From positions 11,007 to 75,006 of the forward strand of contig JBHPMF010000001.1 in NCBI GenBank assembly GCA_042563375.1: DNA of 64,000 bases, given 5' to 3'. The stretch's first letter is position 1. Each line of letters starts with the position of its first letter. Shown in pieces: positions 39,271-47,276 of the stretch. The notes below the pieces were generated by a model. It was not told the origin of the DNA. It made no database searches and saw nothing but the letters and a program-made list of their open reading frames with translations. Position numbers and translations under genes: made by a program. This DNA is from Elusimicrobiota bacterium. Its GTDB lineage: Bacteria > Elusimicrobiota > Elusimicrobia > JACQPE01.

Positions 39271-40993
39271 TTTTCATTAAACGGGTCAGGCGCGATCCTA
39301 AGTCCGTTGTTTGCGCGCAGGCCGTTTCCTCGACGATCTCGCCTTTTTCCATCACTATAATACGGTTGCAAAAACTCAGGGTCTTTAGGCGGTGGCTTAT
39401 GACAAGTGCGGTCCTGTTTTGCAGCAATTCCTTGATGGCAGCGAGAACGAATTCTTCGGACTCAGGGTCCAGATTGCTCGTTGCTTCGTCAAGGATCAGG
39501 ATCTTCGGGTTTTTCAGTATTGCCCGTGCTATTGCTATGCGCTGCTTTTGGCCGGCGGACAGTCTTGCTCCACGCTCACCAACGAGTGTTTTAAAGCCAT
39601 CAGGCAGGTATTCGATAAACTCAAGAGCATAGGCTTGCGAGGCTGCGGATTTTATCTCCTCGAATGTTGATCCGGGCTTGCCCATCATAATGTTTTCTTC
39701 TATTGAGCTGTCAAAAAGAAATGCATCCTGAGATACAGCGCCGAGCAATGTCCTCAATGACGGGATAGAGAGGTCTTTGATATCCGTGTTGTCTATCGTG
39801 ATTCTTCCTTGAGCAGGGTCGTAAAATCTGCCAAGCATCATTGCCATTGTTGTTTTTCCGCTGCCGCTTGGTCCGGCAAGCCCCAGGATCTCGCCTTTGG
39901 GTATTTTCAGATCCATGCTTTTAAGTATTGCATGTCCGGGTTCGTACGAGAAGCTTACCTGTTCGAACGCGATCTGCTTTTCAATGGTTGCGATCGTCTT
40001 TGGCAGTGCAGCGTTGATGATACTCGGCTTTAAATCCAATATCTCGAGCACGCGCTTCCAGCTGGTAAGACCCATCTGGATGATCGGATTGACCTGGGCA
40101 AGGTGCTTCATCGGCATATACGCGGCAAACGATGCGCTCAAAAACGCCATGAATGAGCCGGGGCTCCATGCGTCATTTATCACCTGAAGCCCTCCGGCGA
40201 ATAAGATGAGCGTGATGATCAGAGAGCTTAAGAATTCATTAAGGGACGGAGCCAGGGCTGTTATCTTCTGGAATTTAAGCAAAGCTTTGTAGTGCGCGGT
40301 ATTCTGTTCGTCAAAATGTTTAAGCCACTTTTTTTCATACAGGAAGACTTTGAGCATTGTGAGTCCGTTAAGACCTTCCGAGATTATCGAGTATAGGACT
40401 GCGACGAGTTCCTGTATCCTTCTTGTTATTTTGCGCAGCATCATGGTGAATAGTATGAAAAGGCCCGCAAAAACAGGCATTGTAATGATTATGGCTGTGG
40501 CAAAACGCCAATTAAGATAGAAGATCAGCATCATCAGGAACGTGACCGTAAGTCCATCTCTTATGATATAGAGCGGCGCGTTCGCCACCATATTGGATAT
40601 GGCCATAACGTCATTTGTGGATCTTGAAAGGGCTTCTGAGCTTTTTGCTCTTGTATGGTATGAGTGGTCCAAGGAAAGCAGTTTTTCAAGGATCTGAGCC
40701 CTGATCGTTTTAGCTGCAGCATGACCGATTTTCGCCATATGGTAATTAAGAAGGTATGAGAAAAGGCTTTTAGCGAAGAATATGATGGGTATTATAAGGG
40801 AGAGGGTTTTAAGCATCTCTATGTCTTTCTCGATGAAGATCTGGTCTATGACCGGCTTGACAAGGCCCACGGAGCCTGATGAGAGAGCTGCCACAAAGCA
40901 CATGGACACGGCTGCGACAGAGAAATCCTTAGCGTGTGATGTTAAGTACGGAAGAAGCCGCTTCCAGGATGGCCGGTGTGTATTATCCGGCAT
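39263..40993 (-). CDS. ABC transporter, fused permease/ATPase (MsbA-like lipid A / lipid exporter)
   Basis: Six-TM N-terminal domain. Walker A GPSGSGKTT, ABC signature LSAGQKQR, Walker B ILILDEATS. Adjacent to the lpx cluster. Confidence 0.8.
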   Translation of the reverse strand: MPDNTHRPSWKRLLPYLTSHAKDFSVAAVSMCFVAALSSGSVGLVKPVIDQIFIEKDIEMLKTLSLIIPIIFFAKSLFSYLLNYHMAKIGHAAAKTIRAQILEKLLSLDHSYHTRAKSSEALSRSTNDVMAISNMVANAPLYIIRDGLTVTFLMMLIFYLNWRFATAIIITMPVFAGLFILFTMMLRKITRRIQELVAVLYSIISEGLNGLTMLKVFLYEKKWLKHFDEQNTAHYKALLKFQKITALAPSLNEFLSSLIITLILFAGGLQVINDAWSPGSFMAFLSASFAAYMPMKHLAQVNPIIQMGLTSWKRVLEILDLKPSIINAALPKTIATIEKQIAFEQVSFSYEPGHAILKSMDLKIPKGEILGLAGPSGSGKTTMAMMLGRFYDPAQGRITIDNTDIKDLSIPSLRTLLGAVSQDAFLFDSSIEENIMMGKPGSTFEEIKSAASQAYALEFIEYLPDGFKTLVGERGARLSAGQKQRIAIARAILKNPKILILDEATSNLDPESEEFVLAAIKELLQNRTALVISHRLKTLSFCNRIIVMEKGEIVEETACAQTTDLGSRLTRLMKND

Positions 40994-41003
40994 AAATATC
41001 TCG

Positions 41004-41175
41004 CAAGACGTTAGACGTTAGACGTGAGAAGCAGGAAGCGTGAAATGTGAGATGTGAAACGTGAGAAGTGCAAAGCGTGAAACGTGAGACGTGAAACATG
41101 AGAAGTTCAGCAGAAAATAAGATTCTTATTTTATCTTTTAACATTTTACGTCTCACGTCTTGCGTCTCACGTCTT
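41004..41175. repeat. Family 1 heptamer hairpin site C. The left arm (about 104 nt) is internally expanded to three times the length of the right arm (35 nt). The right arm contains the lpxB stop.
   Basis: Left arm gcaagacgttagacgttagacgtgagaagcaggaagcgtgaaatgtgagatgtgaaacgtgagaagtgcaaagcgtgaaacgtgagacgtgaaacatgagaagt. Right arm acattttacgtctcacgtcttgcgtctcacgtctt. Confidence 0.75.
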
Positions 41176-42330
41176 CAATATTTTCTCAATTTGCTCACTT
41201 GCGTATTCAATCGGGTTCCTGTTTTCATGAATCAAGCTGTTGCTTAATTTCAGCAATTCCTTGCGCATGGCCTCCGCTGAATCTTTATTTTGCAAGGTTT
41301 TTAAGGCTGATGCGGATACTTCATCAATAATATTATCAAGCGGGCCCTTATGGGGCCATACGAATTCATCGATTATTTTCCTGTTTGCGAGGATATTGGG
41401 CATTGAAGTGTATCTGATATGAAGGGCTCTCTTGAGAACATGATAGAGCCAGGCGGGTTTTACAGTGTAGATGCTCAACATTGGTACGCCGAGGATCAGA
41501 TTCTCAAGAGTAGCTGTGCCGCTTGTAGTGAGCGCCAGATCAAGCAGAGCCCGTTTTTCATGGTCCGATCCGAATGCTTCGCTTATCCCCATCTTCAAGA
41601 GTTCGCCTTGCTCGGGGTATAATTGCGGCGGTATTCCATTGACCTTGAAAATAATAGCGCTGGCATTCGGGATTTTATTTTTGATCTTGCGCCATGCCCC
41701 AAGAAGTATGGGAACATTCTGGACTATCTCCCTTGGCCTGCTCCCGGGTAAGATCCCCACTAAAGGGGATTTGAGATTTGAGATTTGAGATTTGAGATTA
41801 ACGTATTTTCTGAGCATCTGGGCCATGGGATGGCCCACGAAACATGCTTTAATCCCATGCTCGTTGTAGAAGGGCTCTTCGAATGGGAACAAGCACAGCA
41901 CAAGGTCTGTGAGCTTCCTTATCTTATGGATCCTGTTTTTGCGCGTTGCCCAGACTTGCGGGCTTATGTAATAAACCACTTTGGCTCCGCTTTTTTTCGC
42001 AAGAGAAGCTATCCTCACGTTAAAACCATAATAGTCCACGGGCATGTGCAGATCGATGGGGTCCGCCGCGATTTTTCGTTTTACGGCCCTATATGCCTTA
42101 AGGAGAGGAAAAGCTTTAAGCAGCGGATCCGTCCAGCCCATGATCCCCATGTTTGAGAGATCGAAAATAAAACTGTCCGCTATTGCTGCGAGATTTTTCC
42201 CGCCTAAAGCTGACACGCGAATATCAGGGAAACGTTTTTTTAAATCTTTAATAACAAGAGACGCCAGGAGATCGCTGGAAGGTTCTCCTGCTGTAACAAG
42301 GATATGTTTGCTAAGTTTTTGTGTTGGCAA
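41167..42330 (-). CDS. lpxB: Lipid-A-disaccharide synthase
   Basis: GT19 family (ILVTAGEPSSD N-terminus, LPGSR motif). Confidence 0.85.
   Translation of the reverse strand: MPTQKLSKHILVTAGEPSSDLLASLVIKDLKKRFPDIRVSALGGKNLAAIADSFIFDLSNMGIMGWTDPLLKAFPLLKAYRAVKRKIAADPIDLHMPVDYYGFNVRIASLAKKSGAKVVYYISPQVWATRKNRIHKIRKLTDLVLCLFPFEEPFYNEHGIKACFVGHPMAQMLRKYVNLKSQISNLKSPLVGILPGSRPREIVQNVPILLGAWRKIKNKIPNASAIIFKVNGIPPQLYPEQGELLKMGISEAFGSDHEKRALLDLALTTSGTATLENLILGVPMLSIYTVKPAWLYHVLKRALHIRYTSMPNILANRKIIDEFVWPHKGPLDNIIDEVSASALKTLQNKDSAEAMRKELLKLSNSLIHENRNPIEYASEQIEKILKT
41768..41799. repeat. (GATTTGA) x4.5 tandem heptamer inside the lpxB coding sequence, encoding ..NLKSQISNLKS.. in a loop before the LPGSR motif
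   Basis: gatttgagatttgagatttgagatttgagatt, read directly. Confidence 0.85.
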
Positions 42331-43378
42331 GGCAGGCAGCGGGCTGGGTGCGGATGTCTTTTTTCTCCATGATCTTCATCAGTTCGAATGCCAGATCCAG
42401 AGCGTCCCAGGCTTCCCTCGGGTGGATATCGTGACGATTATTCTTGATCGAATTTATAAAGTGTTCAAGCTCAAGGCATAAAGGATCACTTTTTGTGAGT
42501 TTCGGCCCCACTACTTTTATGTCATCGAGGCTTTTAGGCGGCATTGTTTTCGCTGTGAATTGGTGCAGTTTTTTCTTGAGCAGGTTTATCGTCAGGTAAG
42601 AGTCTTCCTGAAAAATACGGATTTTCCTTATTTTCTCAAAAGACAAACGGCTTGCGTTCAGATCCACGACGATCAAGTGTTTAAGATTTCTTTCCCTGAA
42701 TTTAAGTCTTACCTTAACAACATCTTCATGGGGCGTCAGAATGCTTATTCCTTGGGCTTCAGCGCTCTCAAGCGTTATATCAAGCCCTGAAAGCAGCCAT
42801 AGTATGAGATCTAAGTCATGGATCATGACGTCCAATATCACGCCGATGTTGGCTACTCGATCATCGTATGGGCCGAATCTCACGGTTTCAATGAATATGG
42901 GTCTTGATATCAGTTCCCGGGCTTTTATCATGGTTGGATTGAATCTCTCAATATGGCCTATGTGCAGGTGAGTCTTATTCTCATGGCTTACAAGGTACAT
43001 ATTCTCCGCCTCATGCACCGTTGTTGCTATCGGTTTTTCAACCAGAGCCGGAATTTTATTTTTCAGGAAAAAAGTGGCGACTTCTGAGTGGGCTTCCGTG
43101 GGTGTGCATATGCTGATCGCGTCAACGCGGCCGATAAGATTACGATAATCAAATGTGGCATACGCATCAGGAAATTGAGATTGGGCATTCCTGAGTCTTT
43201 TAAAACTTATATCAGAGAGAGCGGTAACTTCGACCAGGCCTGCAAGCTTTTTCATGGTTTCAAGGTGCAGGCTGCCCATCTTCCCAAGGCCAACAATGCC
43301 GTATCTTATGGGTTTTGGAGTATTTAAGCGGCCTTTGCCATTGCTGCCATTTTGACCGTTTGAAGAATAATTCTGCAT
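42311..43378 (-). CDS. Gfo/Idh/MocA family NAD(P)-dependent oxidoreductase embedded in the lpx cluster (candidate GnnA-like UDP-GlcNAc 3-dehydrogenase)
   Basis: IRYGIVGLGKMG Rossmann motif and Gfo/Idh/MocA architecture. The function is inferred from the lipid A context only. Confidence 0.7.
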   Translation of the reverse strand: MQNYSSNGQNGSNGKGRLNTPKPIRYGIVGLGKMGSLHLETMKKLAGLVEVTALSDISFKRLRNAQSQFPDAYATFDYRNLIGRVDAISICTPTEAHSEVATFFLKNKIPALVEKPIATTVHEAENMYLVSHENKTHLHIGHIERFNPTMIKARELISRPIFIETVRFGPYDDRVANIGVILDVMIHDLDLILWLLSGLDITLESAEAQGISILTPHEDVVKVRLKFRERNLKHLIVVDLNASRLSFEKIRKIRIFQEDSYLTINLLKKKLHQFTAKTMPPKSLDDIKVVGPKLTKSDPLCLELEHFINSIKNNRHDIHPREAWDALDLAFELMKIMEKKDIRTQPAACLANTKT

Positions 43379-43498
43379 TTAAATCGTTTTTTTGCCTAGA
43401 ATTTCACGTATGGATACAAGTGTACTTATAAGGGCTGAGGGCTGACGGCTGAAAATAAAGAAATCCTGCGTATTCAACATCCAGCATTTATGCTTATA

Positions 43499-44386
43499 TT
43501 ATACTTTATCACCCGAAACTCCCACAATGGTGATTTTCCCTGAATTTGCCAGGTTGATCATGTCTTGATGTTCCATCATGAGGGTCCATTTTGCCTCGCA
43601 GGCAAGGCAGGTAGCTTGAGATTCCAGCATTGACTGAATCGTGCTCGGTCCTATTATCGGCAGGTCGTATCGCGCGTCCTGATCAGGGCGTGCGACTTTT
43701 ACGATCGTAATGCCTTCTCCGGGCTTAAGGTCTTTTTTCTTGAAAAATTTATTAAAAATATTGCCTGCTCTTTTTATGCATTCATCTGTCCCCTCCATCG
43801 CCTCCACGGCAATGGCAGCGCCGCCTGACATGCATACTGTGAGTCCTATATCCAGGGATGAGAGTTTTTTGGCGATGATAAAACCTTGTCTTACCTGCGA
43901 TAGCTCGTGCGAGCCGGCTTGCCTTTTAGTCAGAGTTTTTTCCGGGACAAGATCGTGCTCCAAAAAAGAATATGAAGGGAGAGTGGTTATCCCCTCCTCT
44001 TTGAACATATCGATGAGAGCATTGAGAATGCTTTTTGTCGTCTTGTTCTTGAGGCTCATGACGAATTTAAGGGTTTTGATATCTGCGAGCGCGCGTATTT
44101 TGTCAAGGGGTTTGAGGGCTTCTTCGTGACTTATGGTTCCCGCGAATATTGCGTATGCTGCTTTTTCTTTTTTTAAAAAAGAAAGCATTTTTGTCAGTTC
44201 TCCTACGTTGATCCATATGCAGGATTGGCAGAATTCCTCGATCTTTTTTGATGTGTAACCATTGAAAGCCACTATGGCAATGTGCGCTCCCTGCTTGTGC
44301 GCATTTTGCGCGATTGACAGCGGAAAAGTACCGCTTCCGGCGATAATCGCGATTGTTTTGCTCAGATCAGGACTACTTATTTTCAT
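43499..44386 (-). CDS. lpxI: UDP-2,3-diacylglucosamine pyrophosphatase LpxI-like (DUF1009)
   Basis: IAIIAGSGTFPL N-terminal motif characteristic of LpxI, with size and position in the lpx cluster consistent. No lpxH is present in the window. Confidence 0.6.
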   Translation of the reverse strand: MKISSPDLSKTIAIIAGSGTFPLSIAQNAHKQGAHIAIVAFNGYTSKKIEEFCQSCIWINVGELTKMLSFLKKEKAAYAIFAGTISHEEALKPLDKIRALADIKTLKFVMSLKNKTTKSILNALIDMFKEEGITTLPSYSFLEHDLVPEKTLTKRQAGSHELSQVRQGFIIAKKLSSLDIGLTVCMSGGAAIAVEAMEGTDECIKRAGNIFNKFFKKKDLKPGEGITIVKVARPDQDARYDLPIIGPSTIQSMLESQATCLACEAKWTLMMEHQDMINLANSGKITIVGVSGDKV

Positions 44387-44434
44387 CTATGTGATTTTCG
44401 CATTTTTGAAAGAATTGCTCAACCAGAGAAAATA

Positions 44435-44540
44435 GCAGGACAGCATGCAGTAGACAGTATACAGGGAAGATAAATAATTCTTAATCCAAGGAAATCCTTT
44501 TCTTTCCTGTATGCTGCCTACTGTCTGCTGTATGCTTTTA
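44435..44540. repeat. Family 3 heptamer hairpin (AGCATGC/AGTAGAC/AGTATAC units) between lpxI and lpxA, ending 2 nt before the lpxA stop
   Basis: agcaggacagcatgcagtagacagtatacagggaag / ctttcctgtatgctgcctactgtctgctgtatgctttta. Confidence 0.7.
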
Positions 44541-44542
44541 TG

Positions 44543-45373
44543 TCAGTTGTCCAGTGCTGCTTTTCGTGGGCTAGCTATGCCCCGCGGTCCGGGCTGCTTT
44601 ATGAAATCATAGAAATGCTTGACTTCCGGTATTGACATGGATTCAGACGCGGATAGTTTATTGAGAGCTTCTTCGCGCAAAAGCTCAGACACGAACACCA
44701 GCTTATAGGCTTCTTTTAATGCGCTCATGGTGCTTTTGGTTATCCTGCATCTTCGTAATCCCACTATATTGAGACCTGATACGCCTGCCCTGTTGCCCTG
44801 GGCAATGCAATAAGGAGGAACGTCCCGCTCGACCATTGAGCCGCCGCCAAGCATAGCAGCGGTTCCAATGCGCACAAACTGGTGTATTGCGGCTAGTCCG
44901 CCTACAACAGCGAATTCGCCTATTGTAACATGTCCGGCCAATGCCACGGAATTAACCAGGATAACGCTGTCACCGAGCACACAATCATGCGCTACGTGCG
45001 AATAAGCCATGAAAAAACAGTTTTTCCCTATTATTGTTTTGCCTTCGCCCCCGTCCCAGGTTGTTCCGCGGTTAAGCGTCACGCATTCCCTGACAGTAGC
45101 ATTGTCTCCAAGACACAAAAGTGTTTTCTCGTCTTTAAATCTGAGATCCTGCGGAGGGGTACCTATTGCGGCATGTGATAATATGCGGCAATTCTTGCCT
45201 ATCTGCGCGCATTCGATGTAGGTGTAAGCGCCTATTTTTGTGCCTTCTCCTATCTCTACATTTTCGCCTATTACCACATAAGGGCCTATCTGGACGTTAT
45301 CCGCGATATTAGCGGACTTATCTATTACTGCGGTTTGGTGTATTGTGCCTGTCATTTTACTTTTGTTAGACAT
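44543..45373 (-). CDS. lpxA: Acyl-[ACP]--UDP-N-acetylglucosamine O-acyltransferase
   Basis: Left-handed beta-helix hexapeptide repeats with an LpxA-type C-terminal helical domain (VGLRRCRITKSTMSALKEAYKLVF). Confidence 0.9.
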   Translation of the reverse strand: MSNKSKMTGTIHQTAVIDKSANIADNVQIGPYVVIGENVEIGEGTKIGAYTYIECAQIGKNCRILSHAAIGTPPQDLRFKDEKTLLCLGDNATVRECVTLNRGTTWDGGEGKTIIGKNCFFMAYSHVAHDCVLGDSVILVNSVALAGHVTIGEFAVVGGLAAIHQFVRIGTAAMLGGGSMVERDVPPYCIAQGNRAGVSGLNIVGLRRCRITKSTMSALKEAYKLVFVSELLREEALNKLSASESMSIPEVKHFYDFIKQPGPRGIASPRKAALDN

Positions 45374-46200
45374 CTCCTTAGTTTTTTCGTGAATAATATA
45401 TTGTTTTTATGGCTTGGGCGGTAGGCCTCGATTTTAGCCAGTATATTTCCTTGTCCGAACAGGGCAATGTCACCCAGGAAATCCAGTAATTTATGCCTTG
45501 CGAATTCATTCCTGAATCGCAAACCGTCTTTTGCCAGTATTCTTGATTCATCCACTACTATGGCGTTATCCAGGCTTCCCCCCTTGGCGAGGTTTGCCTG
45601 TTTTAATAAAGCTATTTCCTCGGCAAGACAGAATGTTCGCGCGGGCGCAATGCTTCTTGCGTAATTTTTCAAAGATAAAAGGGAAGCTTTCTGTTTCCCG
45701 ATGTTAGTATTCTCAAAATCTATCGTGACAGATACCTGGAATCTTTTTGAGGGGCTTGCCTTGTAGATAGAACTGCCGAATTTGAATGTCCTGGACTTTT
45801 TTAATCTCCATGATATTCTGCTGCTGCTGTTCTGCTTTGCTATCCCTGCTGATTTAATGGCTTTTGTGAAGATCACGGCTGAGCCATCCATGGCAGGCAT
45901 CTCTTTTCCGTTCAGGTTGACTTCAATATTGTCGATCCCCAGGCCCTTGAGTGCGCTTAACAAGTGCTCGACTGTCATAAAGCTGGCGCCATTGGCAGCT
46001 GACAGGGAAGTGGAGCGGTTCGTCAAACTTACGGAATCAGAGTTCGCGCGTATTCTTTCCCTGTTCTTTCCTATAAATACAATACCAGTGTTTGGCTCAG
46101 CGGGAATCAATCTTAGCGCGGCTTTGGAGCCTGTGTGAAGCCCGATACCTTTTATCGTTGCAATGCGTTTTATTGTCTGCTGTGCCCCGGCTTTACTCAT
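45352..46200 (-). CDS. lpxC: UDP-3-O-acyl-N-acetylglucosamine deacetylase
   Basis: IKGIGLHTG, VEHLLSAL..GIDN, MDGSA and HK.LD motifs of LpxC. Confidence 0.85.
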   Translation of the reverse strand: MSKAGAQQTIKRIATIKGIGLHTGSKAALRLIPAEPNTGIVFIGKNRERIRANSDSVSLTNRSTSLSAANGASFMTVEHLLSALKGLGIDNIEVNLNGKEMPAMDGSAVIFTKAIKSAGIAKQNSSSRISWRLKKSRTFKFGSSIYKASPSKRFQVSVTIDFENTNIGKQKASLLSLKNYARSIAPARTFCLAEEIALLKQANLAKGGSLDNAIVVDESRILAKDGLRFRNEFARHKLLDFLGDIALFGQGNILAKIEAYRPSHKNNILFTKKLRRCLTKVK

Positions 46201-46479
46201 TTTGTATTTTGCTTGATAAATTCGTACGCTTCCGGAAGCTTATTGTATAGAGCCGGAAGTTTCATTGCGTCCTTGTATTTTTTTGCTGGAGTTCCCCGGA
46301 GGACTTGTCTTTCCTTGATATCACCTATTATTCCGGCCTGTCCCCCTGCGGTCACTCCACCAGGGGTTCCTCCTGTTATTTGAGATATCTGCTCAAGTGT
46401 ATATGTTTTTATGATACCCTCTACAACATTTCTTGTGTTACAGCGTGACTGCAGCGTCCTGCTTAAGATCGCTGTTGTC
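46198..46479 (-). pseudogene. Open frame of about 94 codons with no ATG for a full-length start. It fills the skp-lpxC gap where lpxD-fabZ normally lie, and its translation ends with an LpxD-like tail. Possible lpxD remnant.
   Basis: Manual translation: ..TGGTPGGVTAGGQAGIIGDIKERQVLRGTPAKKYKDAMKLPALYNKLPEAYEFIKQNTK*. GGQAGI.GD then G.PA...LP.L resembles the LpxD hexapeptide end plus C-terminal helix. The stop overlaps the lpxC ATG (aaaATGAgt). Confidence 0.3.
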
Positions 46480-47235
<756 letters not shown>

Positions 47236-47276
47236 GATTCTGGATGCATGCGGTCCCATATTCGATTTTACATTCT

